Origin: an uncultured Vicinamibacteraceae bacterium
GTDB lineage: Bacteria; Acidobacteriota; Vicinamibacteria; Vicinamibacterales; UBA8438
DNA length: 64,000 bases
NCBI GenBank assembly: GCA_964507425.1
Contig: CAZDQD010000071.1
Coordinates: forward strand, 36,016-100,015
Reading direction: 5' to 3'
The notes beneath the pieces are model-generated. The model saw only the letters and a program-made list of their open reading frames with translations. It ran no database searches and was not told the DNA's origin. A program made the translations under genes and the position numbers. The number at the start of each line of letters is the position of its first letter. Within the stretch, counting starts at the first letter, position 1. This document shows, one piece after another, positions 18,078-27,215 of this stretch.

Positions 18078-19608
18078 ACAACTCGCGCTACTGCCGAACT
18101 ACCTCACTGCCCATCTACAGCTCTCGCTGCTAGCCTTACTCGTCAGCACGGCCGTCAGTATTCCGCTAGGCATTGCTGCGACTCGATCGCATTGGCTCGA
18201 GCAACCGACACTCGCTCTGGCCAGCGTCATTCAAACGGTCCCGAGTTTGGCGTTACTGGCCGTTATGGTACCGGTACTTGCATCACTTGGATTCCAAAGC
18301 ATCGGTTTTCTACCAGCATTCCTCGGACTAACGCTCTACGGCCTACTCCCGGTGCTTCGCAACACGGTCACCGGTATCGCCGGCGTAGAACCTTCAATTA
18401 AGGAGGCGGCCCGCGGAGTCGGGATGACAAGAAACCAGCAGCTCGTTCTGGTCGAGTTGCCGTTGGCCATGCCCGTGATCGTCGCTGGCGTTCGGACAGC
18501 AACTGTTTGGATTGTCGGTATTGCAACGTTATCGACACCCGTAGGAGCAACCAGCCTTGGAAACTATATTTTTAGTGGACTGCAAACACGCAACTACATC
18601 TCCATTCTTGTTGGCTGTGTGGCAGCAGCGGGCCTCGCCCTTCTTCTCGATAGTCTCGTCCGACAACTGGAAAATGGACTCGTACACAAGCAACGGGGAC
18701 GAACCGTCGCGGCATTAACGGTCCTTGTTATTCTGTACGGCTACGCCACGCTAACCCTTACTGCACCTCGAACTGCAAACCAAGAACGGCCCGTCGTTAT
18801 CGGCTCAAAAACGTTCACTGAGCAATACATTCTGAGTCAAACCATTGCGCAATGGATCGAACGTGAAACGAACCGTAGCACGGAGCTAGTGCAATCTCTG
18901 GGCTCAATCGTTGCATTTGACGCGCTCGACTCCAATGAGATTGATATATACGTTGACTACACTGGCACCCTGTGGGCTAACGAAATGGAACAGAGCAACA
19001 TTCAAATGAATCGCGCTGATACACTCGATGGCGTCAGAAGTTTTTTGCGAGACCGACACAATATTTCGGTTGCAGCTTCATTGGGATTTGAAAACGCCTA
19101 CGCGCTCGCAATGCGAACCAGTGATGCTCAGCGACTAAATCTCAACAGCATCAGTGACCTCGTCCGCTACGCCCCCTCACTGACCATTGGAGGCGACTAC
19201 GAATTCTTCGCCCGTCCAGAGTGGGTGGCTATTCAAAACCAGTATGGCCTCAACTTTGTCGACCAGCGCACGATGGATTCAACTTTAATGTATGACGCTA
19301 TCGCTACGAGAGCGGTCGACGTAATCAGCGCGTTTTCATCTGATGGCCGCATTGCCGCGTACGACCTAGCCGTACTCAATGACGATCGCAATGCAATTCC
19401 GCCGTACGACGCCCTTATTCTAGTAAGTGAACAATTTGCCGACGAATCCCCTGATATCGTAACGTCACTGACACGACTCGAAGGAGCAATCGACATCACA
19501 CGCATGCGAGAGCTAAATCTTCGCGTTGACGAGGACGGAGAATCTCCCAGTGACGTCGCCACGTCTCTAGTCAACGAGTTGGCTTCTAGCGCGTTACACG
19601 AACGGTAA
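18070..19608 (+). CDS. Fused permease plus substrate-binding protein, glycine-betaine/quaternary-amine ABC family (OpuBC/EgtU architecture)
   Basis: Start ATG 18070 overlaps the ATPase 3' end; QTVPSLALL, EAARGVGM; C-terminal GSKTFTEQYIL, DYTGT, GFENAY, PPYDA. Confidence 0.9.
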   Translation: MAEQLALLPNYLTAHLQLSLLALLVSTAVSIPLGIAATRSHWLEQPTLALASVIQTVPSLALLAVMVPVLASLGFQSIGFLPAFLGLTLYGLLPVLRNTVTGIAGVEPSIKEAARGVGMTRNQQLVLVELPLAMPVIVAGVRTATVWIVGIATLSTPVGATSLGNYIFSGLQTRNYISILVGCVAAAGLALLLDSLVRQLENGLVHKQRGRTVAALTVLVILYGYATLTLTAPRTANQERPVVIGSKTFTEQYILSQTIAQWIERETNRSTELVQSLGSIVAFDALDSNEIDIYVDYTGTLWANEMEQSNIQMNRADTLDGVRSFLRDRHNISVAASLGFENAYALAMRTSDAQRLNLNSISDLVRYAPSLTIGGDYEFFARPEWVAIQNQYGLNFVDQRTMDSTLMYDAIATRAVDVISAFSSDGRIAAYDLAVLNDDRNAIPPYDALILVSEQFADESPDIVTSLTRLEGAIDITRMRELNLRVDEDGESPSDVATSLVNELASSALHER

Positions 19609-19639
19609 AAGTCTTTAATACGACGTATCAGTTAAACAC

Positions 19640-20212
19640 ATGTCAATACTGAAATTCCTTGGAATACAACACGTCGACAGCACTGGCGATAGCACTGTGA
19701 CTCAAGATGACGTGGATGGCACTGTACAGCGCATCGCCAATGAACTTGATGCGATACCTGATGACCGTGCACTCTACCTTGCAACGTTCGCTTATATTCT
19801 GGGTCGTGCGGCACATGCTGACTCCCATGTCAGTAAAGATGAGACACAAAAAATGCAGAATATCGTGCAAGCGCTCGGTCACATCCCAAGCGAACAGGCA
19901 GCACTCGTAATTGATATAGCGAGCGGACAGGTGCGTATTTTTGGTGGTACCGCGAACTATGCAATTACACAAAGCTTTCGCGAAATGTCTACCCCTGAGC
20001 AACGCCGAGAACTTCTCGAGTGCGTGTTTGCAGTTTCTGCAGCAGACAGGTCAATCACGGTGGATGAAGAAACCCAAATACGCCAGATCTCAAACGAACT
20101 CGGTCTAACGCATAAGGAATTCATTCAAACCAAATCGGATTACGCTGAACATCTTGAGGCGCTTAAATCACTACGGGCCAAGAACCCAGACAAGATTTCA
20201 AACATCAGCTAG
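19640..20212 (+). CDS. TerB-family protein
   Basis: Two internal helical repeats with ADSHVSKDE and ADRSITVDE motifs. Confidence 0.8.
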   Translation: MSILKFLGIQHVDSTGDSTVTQDDVDGTVQRIANELDAIPDDRALYLATFAYILGRAAHADSHVSKDETQKMQNIVQALGHIPSEQAALVIDIASGQVRIFGGTANYAITQSFREMSTPEQRRELLECVFAVSAADRSITVDEETQIRQISNELGLTHKEFIQTKSDYAEHLEALKSLRAKNPDKISNIS

Positions 20213-20244
20213 GTTAGCGCGTGTCACAACACCGAACACATAAC

Positions 20245-21309
20245 CTAGACGTCATGCGAAACAGAGGGATGAGCCTCAAGCATAACCGCCACCCAACGAA
20301 ATTCGTTCGTATTCTCCAGCGCAATTTTAACAGCCATCGTTAAGGGCACAGAAAAGAGCATCCCGACCGGTCCCCAGACCCACCCCCAAAATACCAGTGA
20401 CATAAAAACTACGAGAGTTGATAGTCCAAGATGACGACCCATTAGCATCGGCTCAAGAAAGCTTCCAAAAACAAGATTCACCGCAAGATAGCCACCCGCA
20501 ATCACAGCGGCAGCGATCGGACCGAGGTCTGGTTGAATAACAGCTAACACAACCGCAGGAATGGCAGCCAGAATTGAACCAAGTGTGGGGATAAAATTAA
20601 ACATGAAGGCGAGGACACCCCAAAGTAATGGGAAATCAAGCCCCATTACAGCAACCCAAGTGCCAATAACTAAACCAGTCGTTGCACTAATCGCCGTCTT
20701 CGCGACAAGGTAACTTTGAACCTGCGATATCATCCGTGCAATTGGACTAAATGGATCACGGTCACCACCAAACGCCGCTTTCAATTTCGTGCCAAAGCCG
20801 GCCGCTTCGAACAGTATGAACACAACTGTCAGCAAAACGAGAAAACTGTTCGACAAAAACCCACCCACAGCGCTTAACGTATTGCCGACCACCCCTCCCA
20901 TCAAGTCGAAAAGTCCTGAAGGTGCAATAACGGAAGTCCACTGGTCAGCCGGCAAACCGTACCGGTCAGCGATTCCTACAATGGAGACTGCCAGCTGCTG
21001 AAATTGAGCCTGGTACGTAGGGGCGACAACAGAAAACTGATTCAGGGACGCAGCCATTAGCGCAACAAGCCCCCCTACAATCGACACTGCCATTAACACT
21101 GTTAGGGCAACGGCCACAAGTTTGGGAACCCGCTGTCGCACGAGCCAGTTCATCAATGGAACGTTAACAATCGCCAAGAAGACAGCAATCAAAAATGGCA
21201 GAATTATGGGCGTCGCGGCACGAAGGCCGGCAATGATCACAACCACACTGGCACCTGCAAGTAAAAATCTAAGACCAGCGTCGGCCGTTTTGTTGGCTCC
21301 TAGAGTCAT
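20245..21309 (-). CDS. AI-2E family (PerM/TqsA/YhhT-like) transporter
   Basis: PFLIAVFLA, LWGVLAFMFNFIPTLGS, LEPMLMG, FWGWVWGPVGMLFSVPLT; ATG 21309 overlaps the egtD stop (ATGA). Confidence 0.9.
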   Translation of the reverse strand: MTLGANKTADAGLRFLLAGASVVVIIAGLRAATPIILPFLIAVFLAIVNVPLMNWLVRQRVPKLVAVALTVLMAVSIVGGLVALMAASLNQFSVVAPTYQAQFQQLAVSIVGIADRYGLPADQWTSVIAPSGLFDLMGGVVGNTLSAVGGFLSNSFLVLLTVVFILFEAAGFGTKLKAAFGGDRDPFSPIARMISQVQSYLVAKTAISATTGLVIGTWVAVMGLDFPLLWGVLAFMFNFIPTLGSILAAIPAVVLAVIQPDLGPIAAAVIAGGYLAVNLVFGSFLEPMLMGRHLGLSTLVVFMSLVFWGWVWGPVGMLFSVPLTMAVKIALENTNEFRWVAVMLEAHPSVSHDV

Positions 21310-22283
21310 CTCACTCCAAAACACGTGATCATAAATTCAGAAGTTGGCTCGACCCATTGCTCTTGACACTCGAAACCAGCAACGCGCCCCATCTCGGCTA
21401 CTTCTGCTGATTCGTACTTGTGAGAACTCTCCGTCCAAATAGCCTCACCCTTAACAAACCGCACGCAACAATTGACTGCCGATATACACACCGTCTGATC
21501 GCGCCGACTTACTAAATAAGACTCAATCCTTGAGTTTCTAGAATTCCATTTTACCTGGAAATCGTATTGGTCCACCTCAAAGTCACCCTCAAGTTCTCGA
21601 TTGATTCGAGCCAACAGATTTCTATTAAACGCGCTAGTAACACCTAGCGGATCGTCATAGGCAAGAAGTAATTGTTCCACCGGCTTGATCAAATCTGTGC
21701 CTACCAGAAACTTGTCCCCGACACGCAGTAGTGATCGTATCTCGACCAAAAATCGCTCGGCTTCCCGTGGATCAAGGTTTCCGATATTTGATCCCAAAAA
21801 CAATAACGTCAATGACTCGCTCGGTTCGACAACATCGATCACGTTCCGCAGTCCGTCAATATAAGAAGCCTTGTGTTTACGAACTTCGATGGATGAATAG
21901 GACTCCAACGTTCGACTGGCCGAATCAAGTGCCCCCTCAGAAACATCAATAAGGTGAATTGCCGTCTGACGACATTCAGCATCAAGCGCCTTCGCTAAAA
22001 TAGAGATCTTGTCTCCGTTGCCAGGTCCTAATTCAGCAAGAATGACGGGGTCACGCAGCCTGTCGGTAACACTGCTCTTTATGCGCTCTAAGAGTGCGCA
22101 CTCCCCTCTCGTAATGGTGTACCACGGCAATTCACAAATCGAATCAAATAGCTTCGAACCCAATGTGTCGTAGTGGTATTTTGATAGCAATTTCTTCGGC
22201 TCACTCGTTAAGCCTGCAACTACATCCTCTGCAAAAGAGTCGTCAAAATGTATAGGCTGAATCGCGTTTAACGAAAGACTCAT
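21306..22283 (-). CDS. egtD: L-histidine N-alpha-methyltransferase EgtD
   Basis: KYHYD..GSKLF, ELGPGNGDK, FLGSNIGNL, AYDDPLGVTSAFNRNLL, WTESSHKY. Confidence 0.9.
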   Translation of the reverse strand: MSLSLNAIQPIHFDDSFAEDVVAGLTSEPKKLLSKYHYDTLGSKLFDSICELPWYTITRGECALLERIKSSVTDRLRDPVILAELGPGNGDKISILAKALDAECRQTAIHLIDVSEGALDSASRTLESYSSIEVRKHKASYIDGLRNVIDVVEPSESLTLLFLGSNIGNLDPREAERFLVEIRSLLRVGDKFLVGTDLIKPVEQLLLAYDDPLGVTSAFNRNLLARINRELEGDFEVDQYDFQVKWNSRNSRIESYLVSRRDQTVCISAVNCCVRFVKGEAIWTESSHKYESAEVAEMGRVAGFECQEQWVEPTSEFMITCFGVR

Positions 22284-22288
22284 CGGTT

Positions 22289-23632
22289 CTATCCGACATC
22301 CCGTACACAGCGGAACGTCGCGTACGGATAGGGATACCCAGGCCTAAACCAATTACGAAAACTCCGCCGTATCAGTTCGATTCCTGTACCAGGTGAGGCA
22401 CCTTTAGCCACAAAGTGCTCGCCATCAAAAAAATCTGCTGAATACTCAGGATATGACGCCATCGCTTGAAAACCGGGAAACCCACCAAAAACAGTGGACG
22501 TCCACTCCCACCCGTTCCCGACGAGGTCATAAATTCCCCACGCACTCGCACCTTTTGGGTACGAACCTACCGGCACCGGGTCCCAATGATAAAAATCAAA
22601 GTTACCCCGCTGTTGACTGGGGTCCTCTTCTCCCCATGGATAAGAACGCTCGGTTCCATCTGGCGATCCGTAAGCTGCCCGGTGAAATTCTGATTCCGTC
22701 GGCAAGCGCAGCCCTTTCCATTTCGCGAACGCAGACGCCTCGTCATGACTCACATAAACGGGCCAAGCCAGCGGCAATGGCACTCTTTGAAACATCCCTC
22801 TCCAAACCCACGCGCCATCGCGTTCCTCCCAAAACAACGGATGGGCACGCTCCGCTCTGACACGTCTCTCCCACGCTTCAGCCTGCCAGAGGTGAGGATC
22901 GTCGTAACCGCCCGACTCAACGAAACACAGAAACTCTGCATTCGTAACGTTGTAAACATCGATTTCAAAAGCCGGCACATCAACACGATAAACTGGAAAC
23001 TCATTGTCCCAGCCAAACGGAATATCATCGAATTCCGCCCCTAACGTCGCGAAGCCAGCTGGTATGCGAACCATTGAATCCGACACACATGATTGCTTGT
23101 TGACACCGACCAGTTCGCAATCAACATCTTTAAACTTCTGATCCGGTTCAAAACGATGCCACATGTACAACATGGTTTCTTGATGCATCACTTCGTGTTC
23201 GAGCATCGTAAACACACCCTGTCCACGATAAAGCACCGGATTCGTGTCGCTCTCTATAGTGCCTGTCTCCAAAATTCTGAGGATTTCATTGTCAACGTTC
23301 TGAACATAGTTATGCACGGTCTCTCGACTAGGCCACAGTTGAGTCCCCATTCTCGTCTCTGCATCCCGCTCGCTGGGATCGATACCGCGAGCGAAAAGGC
23401 GTTCAAGCGCCTCATCTAGACCGCTATGGCCGAGACCTTTCTTAAGGAATGAATTGACCGCAAACGCTGGAATATGGCCTTCGTAAAAGACCGCTGGATG
23501 ACGTAGTGGAATGGGGTTGGCATAGTAGGCATCGGGATGCAACAGCGAGAATAAGCGATTCGTACGGCCCCTAATCTCTTGATACTTCCGGATCACCTGT
23601 TGGCGGTCAACAACCGCGTTATTTGACGCCAC
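22289..23632 (-). CDS. egtB: Ergothioneine sulfoxide synthase EgtB (DinB_2 plus FGE-like domain)
   Basis: Iron motif GH...HEVMHQE, FGWDNE, RLPTESE, GNGWEWT, YSADFFDG; GTG start; directly upstream of egtD. Confidence 0.85.
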   Translation of the reverse strand: MASNNAVVDRQQVIRKYQEIRGRTNRLFSLLHPDAYYANPIPLRHPAVFYEGHIPAFAVNSFLKKGLGHSGLDEALERLFARGIDPSERDAETRMGTQLWPSRETVHNYVQNVDNEILRILETGTIESDTNPVLYRGQGVFTMLEHEVMHQETMLYMWHRFEPDQKFKDVDCELVGVNKQSCVSDSMVRIPAGFATLGAEFDDIPFGWDNEFPVYRVDVPAFEIDVYNVTNAEFLCFVESGGYDDPHLWQAEAWERRVRAERAHPLFWEERDGAWVWRGMFQRVPLPLAWPVYVSHDEASAFAKWKGLRLPTESEFHRAAYGSPDGTERSYPWGEEDPSQQRGNFDFYHWDPVPVGSYPKGASAWGIYDLVGNGWEWTSTVFGGFPGFQAMASYPEYSADFFDGEHFVAKGASPGTGIELIRRSFRNWFRPGYPYPYATFRCVRDVG

Positions 23633-23754
23633 ACTTGATAGTACCAGAATGTCGATGCCGACGGCCTAAACCAACGATAAATTCGCAGCCCGCTATACTT
23701 AGGCGCAGACCTTGAATGAATAGTAGGTTTAATTGACGTAGAACTGACATCGAT

Positions 23755-23841
23755 GCGAAAGTGGCGGAACTGGCAGACGCGCCGGATTTAGGATCCGGTA
23801 GCCGCAAGGCTATGGGGGTTCGAGTCCCCCCTTTCGCACCA
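23755..23841 (+). tRNA. tRNA-Leu (anticodon TAG)
   Basis: Acceptor stem GCGAAAG/CTTTCGC, discriminator A, encoded CCA; anticodon arm CCGGA-TTTAGGA-TCCGG; long variable arm; GGTTCGAGT T-loop. Confidence 0.97.
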
Positions 23842-23934
23842 TTGATTCAAAAGCGAAGGACGCTTAACGAAGATCTTTAACTCGACGAACAGATAAACAG
23901 CAACTTTGCCGAGTCAGAACATCATTAATCGACA

Positions 23935-25242
23935 ATGAAGACTGAACTAATAAACATCAGCGAGTGCCGCAAGGAATTAAATATCGAACTCCCGACGACA
24001 ATCGTCGACGAAGCTATTGATCGGCTGTCAAAACGATACAGTCGCTCAGCTAAAATTTCAGGATTTCGACCGGGTAAAGTCCCCGCACACGTTATTCGTT
24101 CGAGATATATCGAACAGATCCTGCAAGATATTGCCCAAGAGCTAATCCCGGATGCTGTCGATAAAGCAATGTCGACGGAAGGGCTAACACCAGTGGCTAC
24201 GCCGGAAATACTAGACGTCGAAGTCAACGAGGGTAAGCCGCTGACTTTTCGAGCAAGCTTTGAGACTATGCCAACGGTAGACCCCGGAAGTTACGATGCC
24301 TTCACCTTGCGACAGACACCTATAACTATTGATGAAGATGCGATCAACAAAGCGATGGAACGACTTCGTGAACAATCTGCACGGCTTGAGCCCATTAATG
24401 ACCGGGCCGTTAGACATGGTGATACGGTGACACTGAACCTGGAGCGAAAGCTAGTTACAAAGCCGAATGACGAGAGTCCTGATGCATTAGTTGGGGAGCC
24501 AGAGCAACATCAAGATGTTTCTGTTGAGATTGGCAACGAAGTCAACCCCCCAGGATTTGACGATGAACTAATAGGCCTCACAATCGGGGCAAAACATACA
24601 TTCAACGTTTCCTTTCCAGATGATTACAACATCGCTTCTCTTGCAGGTGGAAATGCCGAGTACGACATCGAGGTAATGGCGTTACAGCAACGTATAGTCC
24701 CGACACTGAATGACGATTTTGCAAAACAAACGGGCGAATACAAAAATCTTGATGAGCTTCGCGTAGACGTGGAGAAAAATCTTAACGCTCAAGCAGAATA
24801 CGACACGAAACAGGAAATTCGAAACGACCTCCTTAGACAGCTAGCTGGCCGGGTGACAAGTGAAGTCCCTGAAGCACTCGTCACTCACGAAGTTGAGCGG
24901 CGTGTTGAACAGCTCGCCCGTCATATGCTCGGTCAACGAATTGATCCAAGACAAGCGAACGTCGACTGGGACGCGTTTCGGGAGCAACAGCGAGAGGCTT
25001 CCATTGGTACCGTTCGGAGCACACTCGTACTAGACGCAATTGCCGCACGTGAATCCATCGAAGTCTCCGATGACGATATAGAGCAAGAATTAAGTCGACA
25101 GGCCGAGGCTACTGGTCGAACCGCATCGGCCGTAAAAGCATTAGTCGAGAAAGAAGGCGGGTTCGATCGGCTTTCGAGTGGATTAAAACGGGAGAAGGCG
25201 ATTGACTTACTATTATCGCGTGCTACGATCGTTGAGGCGTAA
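23935..25242 (+). CDS. tig: Trigger factor
   Basis: Ribosome-binding motif GFRPGKVP; FKBP-like middle domain; position before clpP. Confidence 0.95.
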   Translation: MKTELINISECRKELNIELPTTIVDEAIDRLSKRYSRSAKISGFRPGKVPAHVIRSRYIEQILQDIAQELIPDAVDKAMSTEGLTPVATPEILDVEVNEGKPLTFRASFETMPTVDPGSYDAFTLRQTPITIDEDAINKAMERLREQSARLEPINDRAVRHGDTVTLNLERKLVTKPNDESPDALVGEPEQHQDVSVEIGNEVNPPGFDDELIGLTIGAKHTFNVSFPDDYNIASLAGGNAEYDIEVMALQQRIVPTLNDDFAKQTGEYKNLDELRVDVEKNLNAQAEYDTKQEIRNDLLRQLAGRVTSEVPEALVTHEVERRVEQLARHMLGQRIDPRQANVDWDAFREQQREASIGTVRSTLVLDAIAARESIEVSDDDIEQELSRQAEATGRTASAVKALVEKEGGFDRLSSGLKREKAIDLLLSRATIVEA

Positions 25243-25300
25243 CGTTTGGCCGTGACCGCCATCATGTGTGGAGCGCTCCACCAATTTCCTAGTTTAGATA

Positions 25301-25915
25301 ATGAGTACTAGCATGCCTAAATCAACTTCCCAACTTGTCCCGATGGTAGTCGAACAAACCAACCGTGGCGAGCGCGCATACGACATATACTCGCGACTCC
25401 TCAAGGATGGCATCATCTTTATCGGCTCTGGCATTGACGACAACCTCGCCAATCTTGTCATAGCACAAATGTTGTTTCTCGAAGCCGAGGATCCAGACCG
25501 GGACATCATGCTTTACATCAATAGCCCAGGTGGCGTTATATCAGCCGGTCTCGCTATCTACGACACAATGCAATTTATTAAGCCGGACGTCCAGACAACG
25601 TGCCTTGGACAAGCTGCATCCATGGCAGCTGTTCTGCTCGCTGCGGGATCCAATGGCAAACGGTTTTCTTTACCCAACTCAAGAATAGTCATTCACCAAC
25701 CGCTAATGACGGGACTGGGTGGACAAGCAAGTGACATAGATATCCATGCAAAAGAAATTGTTCGAACTCGAGAACGGCTAAACGAGATTTTGTCTAACCA
25801 CACGAATCAATCACTCGAAAGAATCACTCAAGACACAGACCGTGATTACATCATGAGTGCTGAGCAAGGACGAGAATACGGTATCATTGATGATGTAATC
25901 CGTGAGCGCCCATAG
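25301..25915 (+). CDS. clpP: ATP-dependent Clp protease proteolytic subunit
   Basis: [25 protein letters not shown]. Confidence 0.97.
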   Translation: MSTSMPKSTSQLVPMVVEQTNRGERAYDIYSRLLKDGIIFIGSGIDDNLANLVIAQMLFLEAEDPDRDIMLYINSPGGVISAGLAIYDTMQFIKPDVQTTCLGQAASMAAVLLAAGSNGKRFSLPNSRIVIHQPLMTGLGGQASDIDIHAKEIVRTRERLNEILSNHTNQSLERITQDTDRDYIMSAEQGREYGIIDDVIRERP

Positions 25916-25936
25916 GCTTCCGGATTCGCATGGCCA

Positions 25937-27187
25937 ATGACTAAGAAGAGTCCAGAAAGCGAAAGTCTCAGTTGCTCGTTCTGCAAGAAAGATCAGAACG
26001 ATGTTCGAAAGCTTATCGCGGGACCTACTGTTTTTATCTGTGATGAGTGCGTCGAAGTATGTAACGACATCATCAAGGATGACAGCAGTGTCGAGGTCAA
26101 GAGTGGCCCGATTACCAACCTACCGATCCCATCTGAAATTAAGAGCTTCCTCGATCAATACGTTATAGGTCAGGAGGCTACAAAAAAGAAACTCGCCGTA
26201 GCCGTTTATAACCACTACAAGCGCGTTGCGATACAGAAACAATCGAAAACCCGTCGCGATACAGAATTAACGAAGTCTAATATTTTGTTGATAGGCCCCA
26301 CCGGCACCGGGAAAACACTCCTCGCTCAAACCCTAGCCCGCTTGCTTTCTGTCCCATTCACTATTGTTGATGCTACTACCCTAACTGAGGCTGGTTACGT
26401 GGGTGAGGACGTCGAAAATATCATCCTCAAGCTTTTGCAAGCCGCTGGTGGTGATATTGAAAAATGCCAACAGGGCATCATCTATATCGACGAAATTGAC
26501 AAAATATGTCGAAAAGATGAAAACCCGTCAATCACTCGCGATGTTTCTGGAGAAGGGGTACAGCAGGCGCTATTAAAAATTCTAGAAGGTACTGTCGCCA
26601 ATGTTCCCCCGCAGGGTGGTCGCAAGCACCCACATCAGGAATTTTTTCAGGTTGACACCACCAATGTACTGTTTATTTGTGGTGGAGCCTTCGTTGGACT
26701 CGACAAGATGATTCAGCGGCGCGTGGGAAGAAAAACACTTGGATTCCGAGCGGACATCCAATCAGCCAAAGACAAAAATGTCGGGGCCTTGCTCCAACAC
26801 GTCGAACCAGAAGATTTAATCAAATATGGACTTATCCCTGAATTCGTTGGTCGGCTTCCGGTGCAGGGTACACTCCACGAACTCGACAGCGAGGCCCTGG
26901 TTAGAATTCTCACTACGCCACGTAACGCGATTACACGTCAGTACCAAAAACTATTTGAATATGAAAACGTGAAACTTAAGTTTACTGACGATGCTCTCGA
27001 GGCTATTGCGGAATCCGCTCTAAAGAGAAAAATCGGCGCTCGCGGCCTTCGTATGATTATCGAAGACCTAATGCTTGATATCATGTACACACTGCCTGGC
27101 AACAAAAAGGCGTCTGAGTGCGTGATCACACGTGAGGCTGTGCTCGCAAAAGGCAAGCCAATTACACTTATCGAAAAAGCTGGTTAA
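25937..27187 (+). CDS. clpX: Clp protease ATP-binding subunit ClpX
   Basis: CSFC..CDEC zinc finger, [32 protein letters not shown]. Confidence 0.97.
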   Translation: MTKKSPESESLSCSFCKKDQNDVRKLIAGPTVFICDECVEVCNDIIKDDSSVEVKSGPITNLPIPSEIKSFLDQYVIGQEATKKKLAVAVYNHYKRVAIQKQSKTRRDTELTKSNILLIGPTGTGKTLLAQTLARLLSVPFTIVDATTLTEAGYVGEDVENIILKLLQAAGGDIEKCQQGIIYIDEIDKICRKDENPSITRDVSGEGVQQALLKILEGTVANVPPQGGRKHPHQEFFQVDTTNVLFICGGAFVGLDKMIQRRVGRKTLGFRADIQSAKDKNVGALLQHVEPEDLIKYGLIPEFVGRLPVQGTLHELDSEALVRILTTPRNAITRQYQKLFEYENVKLKFTDDALEAIAESALKRKIGARGLRMIIEDLMLDIMYTLPGNKKASECVITREAVLAKGKPITLIEKAG

Positions 27188-27215
27188 CTTAAAGAACTAC
27201 TGCTCCTCTAAACAT

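Noticed and set aside
22289-23632. Selenoneine (SenA) or ovothiol (OvoA) synthase
   Set aside because: No senB/selD neighbours, no fused C-terminal methyltransferase as in OvoA, and egtD is adjacent.
23755-23934. tRNA-Leu as an integration site for a genomic island
   Set aside because: No integrase nearby and I saw no duplicated tRNA 3' end; tRNA-Leu before tig is an ordinary arrangement.
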